Positions 8,665-20,348 of a DNA stretch of 64,000 nt are shown here, piece after piece (within the stretch, counting starts at the first letter, position 1; the number at the start of each line of letters is the position of its first letter). The DNA comes from Fimbriimonadia bacterium (GTDB taxonomy: Bacteria; Armatimonadota; Fimbriimonadia; Fimbriimonadales; Fimbriimonadaceae). The position numbers were made by a program, and so were the translations under genes. The stretch is from the NCBI GenBank assembly GCA_030430755.1, contig JAUIKO010000004.1, forward strand, positions 6,817-70,816, in the 5' to 3' direction. The notes below the pieces were generated by a model, which saw only the letters and a program-made list of their open reading frames with translations, did no database searches and had not been told where the DNA came from.

Positions 8665-11046
8665 ATGATATTTTACGATTGGCGTATACTTAATAGTATG
8701 CAAGAAACCTCCGGATCAGCGACTTTAAATCAAGAGCATCAAACTCCAGATCAATCAGAGACTCATTCAAATCTTATCCAGACATTAGATTTAAATCTTC
8801 TCAATAAAGAACAGAAAGAAGCTGTTGTATGGCCAAAAGGAGCTATCCAGATTTTTGCAGGAGCTGGCTCAGGTAAGACTCGAGTCATCACTTATCGAAT
8901 TGCTCATTTAATACAAAACGGTGTATTCCCTTCTCAAATACTCGCTGTCACTTTCACAAATAAAGCTGCAAAAGAACTCCAAGAACGGATAGGAAGACTT
9001 CTACAAGAGAACACACATGGCATGTGGGTAGGAACATTCCACTCTATAGCCGTCCGAATTCTGAGAATGTACGGAGCTCATATTCACATCGATTCTAACT
9101 TTGTAATATATGATCAGAATGACCAAGTTGCTCTTATTAAAGAGATTCTAAAAGACAAAAACATTGATGAAAAAAGCTTTCAACCTAAATCGCTTCTCTA
9201 TGCTATTAGTGAAGCTAAGGAAAAGTTTATTGGCCCAGAAAAATTCAATGCTTCCGCAAATGGATTTTTCGAATCTGTAGTGGCAAAAGTTTATACCTCA
9301 TATAATGAAAGACTCCTTCTGAACAATGCTCTCGATTTTGATGATCTACTCTTTCACACTGTAACTTTACTTGAAAATTGTGAAGAAGCTCGTCAGTACT
9401 ATCAACAAAAGATCCATCATGTTCTTGTCGATGAGTATCAAGATATTAATAATGTTCAGTATAAAATGATCGCTCTACTCTCAGGACATCATAAAAACAT
9501 CACTATCGTTGGTGATGATGATCAATCCATATATGCATGGAGAGGTGCAAATCTAAATTTAATGTATAAATTTGCAAAAGATTATCCTAATACTAAAATT
9601 ATCAAACTCACCCAGAATTATCGATCCACGCAAAATATATTGGAAGCTGCACACAATGTAATCGAAAAAAACACAACCAGAGAAGATAAAAAACTTTGGA
9701 CCACAAATCCTACTGGAGATAAAATACATATCATCGAAGCTGGATCTGAGTATGATGAAGCTCACATAATTGCAAATAAAATTCTAAACTTAGTCCAATC
9801 AGGACAGAGAAAATTTGGAGACATAGCAATTCTCTATCGTACCAATGCACAAAGCCGTGTATTAGAAGAAACACTCTTAAATTTAAGAATTCCTCACATT
9901 CTTATTGGAGGACAACGATTCTATGAAAGAAAAGAAATCAAAGACATCATTGCCTACCTTAGAATACTCATGAATTCCTATGATAGTATTTCCATAAAAA
10001 GAATCATTAATACTCCTGCAAGAGGGATCGGTGCAACGACTGTTTCTAATCTAGATAAGTGCTCTTATGAAAAAGAGTGCACTCTATGGGATGTTCTTTC
10101 TTCTCCAATCTCCCTAAATGAATTATTTACCAAGCGAACATCTACATTACTTGAAGATTTCGTAAAATTTATACATAAAGCTAAAGAGTATAGTCAGGGA
10201 CATACCATATCAGAAACAGTACGATATATCTTAGATAAAACAGGTTATATAGAAAACCTTAGAAGTGATAAATCATCTGAAAGTCAAAGTAGAATCGAGA
10301 ACTTAGAGGAATTTATTAACGTCACAACCACATACGAAAATAGTACCGACTCACCAAGCCTTATAGGCTTCCTGGAAGGCGTATCACTTGTTGCAGATGT
10401 TGATAATTTAAATGAAAATGGTGATGCCGTCACACTTATGACTCTACATGCTTCAAAAGGATTAGAATTTCCTATTATTTTTCTTAGTGGAATGGAAGAA
10501 AGCATTTTCCCGCATAGTCGTAGCTTAAATGATGAAACTCAATTAGCAGAAGAGCGGAGGCTATGCTATGTTGGTATGACTAGAGCTAAAGAGATGCTCC
10601 ATTTGTTATATGCAAATAGTCGATCCATGTATGGACAACCTATCTACAACCAACCATCTCGATTTCTAGAAGATATTCCAGATAACTTAACTCTTAAGAA
10701 TGAGCTTAGAAGAACTTCTTCTTATCAAGGATCCTATCATTCATCAAGGCAGAATGCTCATCCATCAAGGTACTCGAAAAACTCAAATTCATTCCAACAT
10801 CAAACATTCTCGAGTACTCAAAAAACAGAGCATGAAGCGACAGAAAATCATTCTTCTCATCAAATCAGCACACTCTTTACATCTGGAGAACAAGTGAAAC
10901 ATGTAAAATTTGGAATAGGTGTTGTGCTCCAATGTAGTAAGCTAGGAGAAAATGATCATCAAGTCACCGTTGCATTTCCTGGAGTTATAGGTATTAAAAA
11001 AATGGTCCAGAGTATCGCCAAGCTTGAAAAATCGGTATCACCATAA
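8665..11046 (+). CDS. pcrA: ATP-dependent DNA helicase, UvrD/PcrA family
   Basis: Walker A AGAGSGKTRVIT, VDEYQDIN (motif II), TLHASKGLEFP, CYVGMTRAKE. Low-complexity linker, then a PcrA-type C-terminal Tudor-like block (GEQVKHVKFGIGVV). Alternative start at ATG 8698. Confidence 0.93.
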   Translation: MIFYDWRILNSMQETSGSATLNQEHQTPDQSETHSNLIQTLDLNLLNKEQKEAVVWPKGAIQIFAGAGSGKTRVITYRIAHLIQNGVFPSQILAVTFTNKAAKELQERIGRLLQENTHGMWVGTFHSIAVRILRMYGAHIHIDSNFVIYDQNDQVALIKEILKDKNIDEKSFQPKSLLYAISEAKEKFIGPEKFNASANGFFESVVAKVYTSYNERLLLNNALDFDDLLFHTVTLLENCEEARQYYQQKIHHVLVDEYQDINNVQYKMIALLSGHHKNITIVGDDDQSIYAWRGANLNLMYKFAKDYPNTKIIKLTQNYRSTQNILEAAHNVIEKNTTREDKKLWTTNPTGDKIHIIEAGSEYDEAHIIANKILNLVQSGQRKFGDIAILYRTNAQSRVLEETLLNLRIPHILIGGQRFYERKEIKDIIAYLRILMNSYDSISIKRIINTPARGIGATTVSNLDKCSYEKECTLWDVLSSPISLNELFTKRTSTLLEDFVKFIHKAKEYSQGHTISETVRYILDKTGYIENLRSDKSSESQSRIENLEEFINVTTTYENSTDSPSLIGFLEGVSLVADVDNLNENGDAVTLMTLHASKGLEFPIIFLSGMEESIFPHSRSLNDETQLAEERRLCYVGMTRAKEMLHLLYANSRSMYGQPIYNQPSRFLEDIPDNLTLKNELRRTSSYQGSYHSSRQNAHPSRYSKNSNSFQHQTFSSTQKTEHEATENHSSHQISTLFTSGEQVKHVKFGIGVVLQCSKLGENDHQVTVAFPGVIGIKKMVQSIAKLEKSVSP

Positions 11047-11047
11047 T

Positions 11048-11632
11048 ATGGCAACCAAATTTAGAAGAACATCTCATATTATAACAATCCTAAGTATTTT
11101 ATCTATTTCTGGATGTAATGAACAGATTTCCTATTTTCCACTTAAATCAGGGAATCGTTGGGATTATCATATAAGAAACGGTTTGCAAACACGTGTTGAT
11201 ACCTTAAAAGTAAAACAGAACACTCCTGTAGCTTCATGCAAAGGATATCAACTTCTATCTCATTCAGGAACTTTAGAATTAGCATGGAAAGGTACTACAC
11301 TCTATCTTGCAAAGACTCCTAATATCCGGTTCATCCCTTCCCTGACCTGGCTTGATGTTTCTACCACTCATTGTCAAAATACCTGGAAAGGAACTGTTCG
11401 TTATTTAGGTAATTTATATTCTACAGAAATAAATATTACTCAATCAGAAGATATGATTTTATTCAAAGGATCTAATGTGAAAACGTTAAAAGTTATTCTA
11501 ACGACTCTTATTGAAGGAAAGAATATAGAACTGATTACATGGTTTAGTCAAAACCTAGGAATTATTCAACAGCAACAGAGAACAAATGGCACTCTCAATA
11601 TATCTCAAGAGTATTTAAATGGCCCTTACTAG
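11048..11632 (+). CDS. Hypothetical lipoprotein
   Basis: The in-frame ATG at 11048 gives MATKFRRTSHIITILSILSISGC, a classic lipobox. The track start at 11024 overlaps the helicase stop. No family recognised. Confidence 0.6.
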   Translation: MATKFRRTSHIITILSILSISGCNEQISYFPLKSGNRWDYHIRNGLQTRVDTLKVKQNTPVASCKGYQLLSHSGTLELAWKGTTLYLAKTPNIRFIPSLTWLDVSTTHCQNTWKGTVRYLGNLYSTEINITQSEDMILFKGSNVKTLKVILTTLIEGKNIELITWFSQNLGIIQQQQRTNGTLNISQEYLNGPY

Positions 11633-11669
11633 TTATTCATAAAGGCCAGAGATCGTTCATAATCCTTTT

Positions 11670-12398
11670 TTATGCCTTTGCTTGCTCAGTATCTGGCATG
11701 ATAATAGCAAACATTTCCATGATGAAAGGAGCAACGATAAGACCTGGAGCAAGGATCAATGTAGGAAGATTATCAAAGTGGAGTATATTTAAAGCTACGC
11801 TTAAAATAAGAACCGCACCAACACCTTCGAATACCCCTAAGTATTTCTTTAAATGTACGATATTATTTAAACCTACTATTAGCACTCCGTAAAAAGCTTG
11901 TAATAAAAATACGGTAAAGATACTTAGAAATACACCTATCGGATTTGTTTCAGCTAGGGTTAGTAGTACTGCTGATGTTCCATCAAGAAACGATTTAAAC
12001 TTCATAAGTTTTAAATCTCTTGTGGTTGCTTCTTCGATAATCCCAAGAATGGTTAAGGGTCCTACACTAATAAGTATAGTTGCATTAATACAAGACTGAG
12101 CAAAGTCCCCTTGAATTCCTATGCAATCAAAACATAACGATTCAATAAATGCATTTGTATTTCTAATACCAATAGCTCCACCAATGGCACTACCAATAAT
12201 AATACTGACTAAAACGGTAAGTAGATCTTTGTTATTCGCAAAAAGCTTACTACTTATTAAAAGAAGAGTTAAGCCTAAACCCTTTTTCATGTAACCAATT
12301 AATTCTTCGTCAAATAGATTCTGTAAAAAATAACCTATCAAACAACCGATTAAGACTAATAAACAGTTAAATATAGTACCACGTATAGGGAATTGCAT
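11670..12398 (-). CDS. DUF554 (YqgA/YdfK-like) integral membrane protein
   Basis: N-terminus GTIFNCLLVLIGCLIGYFL... and overall polytopic pattern resemble the DUF554 family. Confidence 0.6.
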   Translation of the reverse strand: MQFPIRGTIFNCLLVLIGCLIGYFLQNLFDEELIGYMKKGLGLTLLLISSKLFANNKDLLTVLVSIIIGSAIGGAIGIRNTNAFIESLCFDCIGIQGDFAQSCINATILISVGPLTILGIIEEATTRDLKLMKFKSFLDGTSAVLLTLAETNPIGVFLSIFTVFLLQAFYGVLIVGLNNIVHLKKYLGVFEGVGAVLILSVALNILHFDNLPTLILAPGLIVAPFIMEMFAIIMPDTEQAKA

Positions 12399-12436
12399 AG
12401 TTTTTCTCTTAATATATTAAGATATTAATATATATA

Positions 12437-13558
12437 TTAACACTTTTTAATAAACTCATGCATGAAATCAGCAAATAATTCACAACCTTTTTCAGGAAAT
12501 GCATTATAGACACTCAATCTGCAACCTCCTATCGACCGATGTCCTTGAATTTCAATAAAACCTTTCTCTTTTGCTTCCATCATAAATTTTTCGGTTTTAT
12601 GCTCATCAGGTAGCGTAAATGTTATATTCATGAAAGATCTAGAATCTTCTCTTGCATGCCCTTTATAAAACCCTCCAGATTCATCAATAGCCTGATATAA
12701 CAAAGATGCTTTCCTTTTGTTTACCTTTTCAATTTCGCTTAGTCCACCAGATTTTTCTATCCACTTATATACTAAACCACATACGTAGATCGACCATGTA
12801 CAAGGGGTATTTGGCATCGAGTGATGTTTTGCCATCTGACGATAATCTAACATCATGTGTGTTCTTTCTGGCGCCTTTTCTAAGAATGAATCTTTTACAA
12901 TAACTAATGTAGCTCCAGCTGGCCCCATATTTTTCTGTGCACCGGCATAAATCAGATCAAAATCCTCTACATTAAAGAGTTTACTTAGAATATCAGAGGA
13001 CATATCACATACTACAGGAACGTCCCACTTTCTCTGATGATGAAAACAGACTCCATGAATGGTTTCATTACTTGTATAGTGTATATAATCCTGTCCCGAA
13101 TGAACTTGTAGATCAGCTAAGTTTGGACAAAAAGTATAGCCTTCTTTTTCAGCATCAAATATACAGTTTACATTTCCTACCAGCTTAGCTTCTTGGTAAG
13201 CTTTTTTCCCCCAAGCTCCTGTTATAATATAATCTGCAGTACCATCTGAAGATAGAAAACTCCATGGGATAGCACTAAACTGCAAACTTGCTCCACCTTG
13301 CATAAAAAACACACTATAGTTATCAGGAATGTTTAATAGTTCTCTAAGTCTAGAAGTCGCATCATGTAGAATTTCACCAAATAAATCTGACCGGTGACTC
13401 ATCTCCATCACGCTCATTCCCTTTCCTTTCCAGCTTAGTAAATCCTCTTGAATTTCCTTTAATACATCCATGGGTAGAGTACATGGACCAGCAGAAAAAT
13501 TATAAACTCTATTTAGGTGATTCATATAAATGTCATTATAAATCATTATCGAAACCAT
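12437..13558 (-). CDS. serC: Phosphoserine aminotransferase
   Basis: YNFSAGPCTLP N-terminal signature, GGASLQF, and a YAGAQKN(M)GP PLP-lysine block. Probable true start is ATG 13525 (MNHLNRVYNFSAGP). Confidence 0.93.
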   Translation of the reverse strand: MVSIMIYNDIYMNHLNRVYNFSAGPCTLPMDVLKEIQEDLLSWKGKGMSVMEMSHRSDLFGEILHDATSRLRELLNIPDNYSVFFMQGGASLQFSAIPWSFLSSDGTADYIITGAWGKKAYQEAKLVGNVNCIFDAEKEGYTFCPNLADLQVHSGQDYIHYTSNETIHGVCFHHQRKWDVPVVCDMSSDILSKLFNVEDFDLIYAGAQKNMGPAGATLVIVKDSFLEKAPERTHMMLDYRQMAKHHSMPNTPCTWSIYVCGLVYKWIEKSGGLSEIEKVNKRKASLLYQAIDESGGFYKGHAREDSRSFMNITFTLPDEHKTEKFMMEAKEKGFIEIQGHRSIGGCRLSVYNAFPEKGCELFADFMHEFIKKC

Positions 13559-13683
13559 ATGATGATATTTTGTGATAATAGTATAAATTCAAAAAGCACG
13601 AATATATACTATACATTTATCCAGAAATAATCCTAGGATAATAATACATCCGTACGCGTAACCATACCGATTAGGAAAAAGCT

Positions 13684-15633
13684 ATGAACTGGTTTACAAA
13701 CCTAAATATCAACAAAAAATTATATTTTCTAGTTACAATATCTTTTTTCAGTATTATTCTATTATCCTTTCAATCATATACTACATCTAAAAAACTAAGT
13801 AGTGAAATAGACGCATTCTCTGAAAAACTATTACCCTTCACTATAAAATTAGGAAATATAAAAACTTTAGTATCCAAATCCGAACTCCAGATCTTTAAAC
13901 TAGGCGTAAAAGAGCTATCAAGTCCTGCACATACAAATTTACTAAAAACCGTTTCAACATTATCTGATTTAATCAAAGAACTCGGCGATGAAAAAAAAGA
14001 TATTATTTCCTTTATAAAGCATCACGGGGATGAAAAAATATCAAAAAAACTCACTAAATCTATCGATGATATACAACATAAATGGAACGAACTTTTTCCA
14101 AAATATAAAAACATTCTTCAAAGAGATACTCAGAATCAACAAGATAAAATATTTACGTTTATAACAGATGAAATGGATCACATATTACATGAGTTACAAC
14201 AAAAATTGGAGTATCTTACTAAAATTACTCAAAATATTGGTAACACCCTTGATCAAATTGCTTATCAAACAGAAATAACTGGAAATACAGAGTCTCTTAT
14301 CATAACAATTCTAGCCATAGCAATCCTAATATCCTTATCCATGATCACCGGACAAACCATACAACACCTTACTCAAAACATTATTGCTAGTATCCAAAAA
14401 CTTAACAACAGATACTTATCCTTGCTAGATACCTCCATCGAAGAGTTGAAAAATGGTGATTTTTCCAAGTCCGTTAAACTTGATGTGGACAAAATTGAGT
14501 TTGAGTCTGGATGTGAACTCGGAACACTCGTGAAAACGTATAACGGAATGGTTGATAAAATAACCAATATCGGAAAGAATTATAATAAATCACTTACGAT
14601 TCTCAATCATCTCATAAATGAGGTAAAAGAGACTGCACATCAAGTTTATTCATCAAGTTCAAAATTAGCAGAAACCTCTGAAACCAATCATCATGCATTA
14701 AATACCATAGTTAATACCAATAACGAGCTAGCAAATTCTTCAACCATTGTTTCTAACAACATGATTGACTTACAAAAATCATCTACGAACCTGTTTAATG
14801 CTAGTCTTAAACAGAATGCATCTACTAAAAAAGGATTAGCATCAACAGAACACGTTCATTCAGAAATCGATTCTGTTCTTCAGAATTCGAAAGAAGTAGA
14901 AAAAATTGCTCAAGATAGTTCTGAAATCGTAAATGCAACGATACAGTCTATTAAAAATGCTCAAGAGCAAGTATCTATTACAAGCCAAATGGTAAAAAGT
15001 TTAGATGAGAAGGGTGAACAAATTGTAAAAATCATTCATGCAATCGAACACATTTCTTCCCAAACAAACTTACTAGCACTCAATGCAACAATCGAAGCTG
15101 CCCGTGCGGGTGAACATGGAAAAGGATTTTCCGTCGTTGCTGATGAAGTTAGACAATTAGCCGAGCAAGCTAGAAAATCTACACAAGAGATTAGTCATAT
15201 TATCGTTAATATAAAAGATATCATTAGAGAAACAGTAAATAGCATGGAAAACACATGTACTGGGATTGAATCAGGATACGACAATAGTATAAGTACCGGC
15301 AGATCATTATCTAATATCATTCAGGCTATTGAAAAAATATCAACAAGTATGACAAATGTTTCTCATGAATCTACAATCATGAAACAAGAAATACAACTTA
15401 TTCACACATTATCATCTGAAAATCTTGATGAATCTGAAAAGATTTCTACGCATTCACAAACAGTATCCTGCGCGATTACCCAAGTTGCTGCAATATGCAA
15501 AGATACTGCAAATTCAACTCAGCAACTAACTGTTAATACCGATGAACTCGCAAAAACATCTATCGATCTAAATAAATTATCCCAGAAATTGAATCAAACA
15601 GTATCAACATTTAAATTACAAGCAAGTTCATAA
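13684..15633 (+). CDS. Methyl-accepting chemotaxis protein
   Basis: Two TM segments flank a periplasmic helical region, followed by a HAMP-like segment. Highly conserved signalling hairpin [36 protein letters not shown]. Confidence 0.92.
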   Translation: MNWFTNLNINKKLYFLVTISFFSIILLSFQSYTTSKKLSSEIDAFSEKLLPFTIKLGNIKTLVSKSELQIFKLGVKELSSPAHTNLLKTVSTLSDLIKELGDEKKDIISFIKHHGDEKISKKLTKSIDDIQHKWNELFPKYKNILQRDTQNQQDKIFTFITDEMDHILHELQQKLEYLTKITQNIGNTLDQIAYQTEITGNTESLIITILAIAILISLSMITGQTIQHLTQNIIASIQKLNNRYLSLLDTSIEELKNGDFSKSVKLDVDKIEFESGCELGTLVKTYNGMVDKITNIGKNYNKSLTILNHLINEVKETAHQVYSSSSKLAETSETNHHALNTIVNTNNELANSSTIVSNNMIDLQKSSTNLFNASLKQNASTKKGLASTEHVHSEIDSVLQNSKEVEKIAQDSSEIVNATIQSIKNAQEQVSITSQMVKSLDEKGEQIVKIIHAIEHISSQTNLLALNATIEAARAGEHGKGFSVVADEVRQLAEQARKSTQEISHIIVNIKDIIRETVNSMENTCTGIESGYDNSISTGRSLSNIIQAIEKISTSMTNVSHESTIMKQEIQLIHTLSSENLDESEKISTHSQTVSCAITQVAAICKDTANSTQQLTVNTDELAKTSIDLNKLSQKLNQTVSTFKLQASS

Positions 15634-15685
15634 CATGTAAAAAAATATTCTTATCCTTATATACTTATGTGATAAACTGTTCTTC

Positions 15686-16015
15686 ATGGATATATTCTGT
15701 AAAATAATTAATAAAGAAATTCCCGCAGAGATTGTTTACGAAGATGAGCACGTCTTAGCATTTAAAGATATCAATCCTGTAGCTCCAATCCATATTTTAA
15801 TTATTCCTAAATCACATATGGAAAACCTGAATGATATTCCAGAAGAAGGTGATCATCAATATATTCTAAATGCAGCAAAAATCATTGCGAAACAACTAAA
15901 TGTTGAATCAGGTTATAGAATCGTTATCAACTGTGGTGAAAGCGCTGGGCAAACGGTATTTCATCTTCATGCCCATTTACTCGCAGGACGTGAACTCAGT
16001 TGGCCTCCAGGATAA
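15686..16015 (+). CDS. HIT-family (HinT-like) nucleotide hydrolase
   Basis: MDIFCKIINKEIPAEIVYEDEHVLAFKDINP... and histidine triad FHLHAHLL. Confidence 0.9.
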   Translation: MDIFCKIINKEIPAEIVYEDEHVLAFKDINPVAPIHILIIPKSHMENLNDIPEEGDHQYILNAAKIIAKQLNVESGYRIVINCGESAGQTVFHLHAHLLAGRELSWPPG

Positions 16016-16072
16016 GTTTTCTTCTAGTTTATCAATAGACTACCGACCTGCAGTCAGCCTAAAAGTAAAGCT

Positions 16073-17521
16073 TCAATTATCTTTATGTGAGTGTTTCCAA
16101 ACGCCACATATTGCAGATTCATAACTTGGGATACCTCGGCCCATATAAGCACCTATAATGCCGCTCAATCGATCTCCGCTCCCTGCTACTGCCAAAGAAG
16201 CATCTGCTACAGGATTAATCACTATCTTTCTATTTAAGGAATGAATCAGCGAATAAGGTCCTTTTAGAACTGTAGTACAATGATACTTATGAACGCACTT
16301 ACTTATCGCATCAAAGCGATCTGTATGAACATCCTCTGATTTAACAGATAATAAATCGACCATTTCATCAGCTGTAGAAAGTAGCACTACATCACCTGAA
16401 GGAAGATCTGTATTTCCATTGATAACTTGTAATGCATCTGAATCAAGCACACAAGGTTTTTTCCAATGCGAAAAGAATTTCTCTAAAAATCTTAATACCT
16501 CATCATGACGAGTCAAGCCAGGACCAATGACGGCAGCATTTATACTCTCTTGTTTTTCTAGGATGTATTCAACATGATCTAAGGTAATATGATCACCTCC
16601 ACCACATGGCAATAAAGTAGTTTCAGGAATTTGATATGCAGTTAAATCACAAACTTTATCAACAGAAGCCAAGGTCACCATACCGATATCTGATTCAAAA
16701 GCACTTTGAACAACCAAACTAGCCGATCCTCGATACTCATTTGAACCAGCAATAACTAATAAGTGTCCTTTTTTTCTTTTATCAACATCTCTAGGATATT
16801 TTTTTTTAACGATATTTAAATCACTGGGAACTGCTAACCTTAAGTTTTCACTGTATGCTTCATGGAAATAAACGTTCAACTCCATGTCAATCACTTTCCA
16901 TTCACCACAGTAATTCACACCATCATTTTGAAAAAGATATGTTTTTGGTGCATCAATGACAAGAGTTTTATCAGCTTGTACGACCTCTCTTATTTTTTTT
17001 CCTGTTTCACCATCTAAGCCACTAGGAATATCGATAGAGATAATTTCAGCATCTGAATCACTCAATATTCGAATAACATCTTGATAATATAAGCCATAAC
17101 TATCCGAAGGTCCCATGAGAGCATCAATAACAATATCAGCTCCTTGTATATCAGAACTTATATCACTAATCTGAGAAGCTGCAGATAAAAATTTCACATT
17201 CCCATGTGTTATCATATGATTGGCAATATATCTGGATTCCTTGATTCCTAAATCATCCTGATGTGCAAAAAAATAAACATTTACATCGTATTTATCCTCT
17301 AGAAAATATTTCGCGATCTCTAAACCGTAAAGCCCATGATGATTATTTCCACAAATAATCATCACTTTTGAATCTCTTGAAATTTCTGCAATTAAATGTT
17401 GATAAATCCGTGAACCAATATGTCTTACAAGATCATGTAGTGATATTTTTCTACGCTTTAAATAGTCTTGTTTTATCTCTTCTAGCTTAGATTGCGCTAT
17501 TACATACACATCCGTCTCCAC
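16073..17521 (-). CDS. nnr: Bifunctional NAD(P)H-hydrate repair enzyme (epimerase/ADP-dependent dehydratase, YjeF)
   Basis: N-terminal YjeF_N pattern (ICGNNHHGLYGLEIA) plus a C-terminal carbohydrate-kinase pattern (KGHLLVIAGS..YRG, GSGDRLSGIIGA). Confidence 0.88.
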   Translation of the reverse strand: METDVYVIAQSKLEEIKQDYLKRRKISLHDLVRHIGSRIYQHLIAEISRDSKVMIICGNNHHGLYGLEIAKYFLEDKYDVNVYFFAHQDDLGIKESRYIANHMITHGNVKFLSAASQISDISSDIQGADIVIDALMGPSDSYGLYYQDVIRILSDSDAEIISIDIPSGLDGETGKKIREVVQADKTLVIDAPKTYLFQNDGVNYCGEWKVIDMELNVYFHEAYSENLRLAVPSDLNIVKKKYPRDVDKRKKGHLLVIAGSNEYRGSASLVVQSAFESDIGMVTLASVDKVCDLTAYQIPETTLLPCGGGDHITLDHVEYILEKQESINAAVIGPGLTRHDEVLRFLEKFFSHWKKPCVLDSDALQVINGNTDLPSGDVVLLSTADEMVDLLSVKSEDVHTDRFDAISKCVHKYHCTTVLKGPYSLIHSLNRKIVINPVADASLAVAGSGDRLSGIIGAYMGRGIPSYESAICGVWKHSHKDN

Positions 17522-17647
17522 AGTACATAAGACATGTTATCACAATAACCATGTCAATGCAACAGCAAACAGGTGCTCACATAAAACTATCTTGTGACAC
17601 AGAGAAAATTACCACATTTTTCTCTAATAATAGAAATGCATGATCTT

Positions 17648-20284
17648 CTAAGTTATATTTGATAATAGATTCACTTTGTGTTCTAATTTTATTAAATGAT
17701 CTTCTAAATCCGAGAACTTTAACTTATCAGATGCTACAAGCTCGGGCTTAGCTTTTTCTATAAAATCAGGGTTGTTTAATCTTTTACCAATTTTATCCAT
17801 ATCTCCTTTTAACTTATCTATCTGCTGTTTCACTCGGCGCAATTCCACATCTGTATCGATAGAACTATCAATAGGGAGATATATTTCTATACCATCACAA
17901 ATAACAGAAACAATTTTATCAGTCTCAGGTTTACTGAACTTGACCTCTTTAAACTTAGCTAATGACTTTATCGTGTCAATAAACTCCTGCCCTCTGTTTG
18001 AAGTATCTAAATAGATAACATCCAGAACTTTCCCTGGGCTAATTCCCACATCTGCCCTTAGTGATCGTATCGACTTTACTATATTAAACTCTTTAGCAAT
18101 AGAATCTTCTGCATCATCATCAAGGAATTCTGATACATCTTCAGGCCATTGAGCAGTCATAATATATTCTGATTTTTTGCTAAGAGGAAGCTTCTGATAA
18201 ATTTCTTCTGTTAAGTGTGGAAGAATGGGATGAATTTGTATAAGAAAAGCTTCTAAGCATTTTAATAACACCCATGAAACTACATCTTTGCTTGAATTTT
18301 CATGCAGTCGATTTTTAGAAATCTCAATATACCAATCACAAAATTCATACCAAAAAAAGTTCTGTAGCTGCTGACATGCATTCATTAAATCATATCTATC
18401 ATATGCCAATGATGTGTTAAGTGAAAGTCTCGCTAATCTGGATAAGATCCACTTATCAACACCGTGGAAATCTTTTTTATCAGGTTTTTCAGGGATATCT
18501 TTCAAGTTCATTAAAATGAATCTTGATGCACTCCAAATTTTACTACAGAAATTCCGAGACTCCTCATTTTTCTTCTCACTATAACGAATTTCTTGATTCT
18601 CTCCTGTTGCACCTAATAGGGTATATCTAAGTGGATCTACCCCCATTTTTTCAATAACTGTTTCTGGATCTACTCCAGTCCCAAGACTCTTGCTCATTCT
18701 TCTGCCGTCCTCTGTTAAAACAGTTGCATGAATAAAAACTTCATGAAAAGGTTTTAAATCAATAAAATCCATTCCCATCATAATCATTCTTGCTACCCAT
18801 AAATAAAGGATATTTCGGTCTGTAACCAGAAGATCCGTAGGATATCTCGATTCAAGATCAGGAGTTTTTTCTGGCCACCCCAAAACCGCAAAGGGCCAAA
18901 GACCACTACTAAACCATGTATCTAACACATCTTCATCTTGTGAAATAATTTTTTCTGTGCCTGCTTTAGTCTGAGCATCTTCCCAGCTCTGAGCAGCATA
19001 ACAGTTCCCTTTTTCACCGTAATAAACAGGAATCCGGTGCCCCCACCATAACTGTCTACTCACACACCAATCTTTAATATTCTCCATCCAATCGATATAA
19101 ACTTTTTCATACCGCTCAGGTACAAATTTAATCTCACCTTTCTTGACGATATCAATGGCATCTTTAGCTAATTCAGTCTGTTTTACAAACCACTGCTCAG
19201 AGAGCAAAGGCTCAACTGGTTGGCCACTCCTTTCGCTAATAACTAGAGCTATATCATGATCCTCTATTTTAACCAATGATCCTTCTTTTTCTAATTCTTC
19301 AGCAATACACTTCCTGGCTTCAAACCGATCCATCCCTTTATACTTCGGATATAAATCTGTGATTTTGGCATCTTTATCGATAACTTCGAGCATGGGTAGA
19401 TGATGTCTTACACCAACTTCATAGTCATTAATATCATGAGCGGGAGTAATTTTCAACGCTCCTGTTCCAAATTCAGGATCAGGATAATCATCTGCAATAA
19501 TAGGAATCTCTCTCCCAGTCAAAGGAAGAATTAATGTTTTTCCAACGACACCTTCATACCTTTTATCTCTTGGATTAACAGCCACAGCAACATCAGCAGG
19601 AATCGTTTCTGGTCTTGTGGTTGCAATGACTATTTCTCCACTACCATCAGAAAACAAATATCTTACATGATACAATTTCCCTTTACTCTCTCTTCTCTCT
19701 GTTTCTATATCAGAAACAGATGTTTGTAAGACAGGATCCCAGTTAACAATTCTTTTTCCTCTATAGATATAGCCTTTATCGAACCACTCTATAAACACCT
19801 GCAACACTGCTCGAACATACTCATCATCTAAAGTAAAGCGTGTTGAATCCCAATCAAAAGAGCATCCTAATTTCTTGAATTGGCTCAATATTGTATCGCC
19901 ACTTTTTTTTCTCCACTCCCATACCTTTTCTAAGAATTTTTCTCTTCCTAGATCATGTTTTGAAAGCCCATCTTTTTTTAACTGCTTTTCTACCAGTGAC
20001 TGTGTTGCGATACCAGCATGATCTTGCCCAGGTAATAACCAGACAGAATACCCTTTGAGTCTTTTATATCTACCAACAGCATCTTGAATAGGATAACATA
20101 GAGAATGTCCCATGTGAAGAGCTCCAGTAATATTAGGAGGGGGAACAGAGACAGTATAAGGCTTTTTATTTGGATCTTTAGATGGTTTAAAGAGACCTTC
20201 TTTTTCCCAGGATTCATACCACTTTTGTTCTATTTCTTCTGGGTTATACCTTACATCTAAGTTCTGTGTTGTTTCAGGAGTCAT
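17648..20284 (-). CDS. valS: Valine--tRNA ligase
   Basis: PPPNITGALHMGH (HIGH), KMSKSLGT (KMSKS), C-terminal coiled coil. The ATG at 20284 is preferred over the track's TTG at 20314. Confidence 0.96.
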   Translation of the reverse strand: MTPETTQNLDVRYNPEEIEQKWYESWEKEGLFKPSKDPNKKPYTVSVPPPNITGALHMGHSLCYPIQDAVGRYKRLKGYSVWLLPGQDHAGIATQSLVEKQLKKDGLSKHDLGREKFLEKVWEWRKKSGDTILSQFKKLGCSFDWDSTRFTLDDEYVRAVLQVFIEWFDKGYIYRGKRIVNWDPVLQTSVSDIETERRESKGKLYHVRYLFSDGSGEIVIATTRPETIPADVAVAVNPRDKRYEGVVGKTLILPLTGREIPIIADDYPDPEFGTGALKITPAHDINDYEVGVRHHLPMLEVIDKDAKITDLYPKYKGMDRFEARKCIAEELEKEGSLVKIEDHDIALVISERSGQPVEPLLSEQWFVKQTELAKDAIDIVKKGEIKFVPERYEKVYIDWMENIKDWCVSRQLWWGHRIPVYYGEKGNCYAAQSWEDAQTKAGTEKIISQDEDVLDTWFSSGLWPFAVLGWPEKTPDLESRYPTDLLVTDRNILYLWVARMIMMGMDFIDLKPFHEVFIHATVLTEDGRRMSKSLGTGVDPETVIEKMGVDPLRYTLLGATGENQEIRYSEKKNEESRNFCSKIWSASRFILMNLKDIPEKPDKKDFHGVDKWILSRLARLSLNTSLAYDRYDLMNACQQLQNFFWYEFCDWYIEISKNRLHENSSKDVVSWVLLKCLEAFLIQIHPILPHLTEEIYQKLPLSKKSEYIMTAQWPEDVSEFLDDDAEDSIAKEFNIVKSIRSLRADVGISPGKVLDVIYLDTSNRGQEFIDTIKSLAKFKEVKFSKPETDKIVSVICDGIEIYLPIDSSIDTDVELRRVKQQIDKLKGDMDKIGKRLNNPDFIEKAKPELVASDKLKFSDLEDHLIKLEHKVNLLSNIT

Positions 20285-20348
20285 ACTTATTATTTTAAAA
20301 CATTCCCTAAACAATCTGCATTAATTCATGGTAAGTTAGAGTTATCTA

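Noticed and set aside
8321-10897. Short ORFs nested in or antisense to the photolyase and helicase genes (8321-8503, 9559-9765, 10284-10505, 10700-10897)
   Set aside because: They are embedded in strongly conserved genes in other frames or on the other strand. There is no independent support for them.
15900-16124. 74-aa plus-strand ORF overlapping the HIT gene 3' end and the nnr 3' end
   Set aside because: It is out of frame with the HIT protein, whose histidine triad lies in the other frame. It also runs into the convergent nnr gene.
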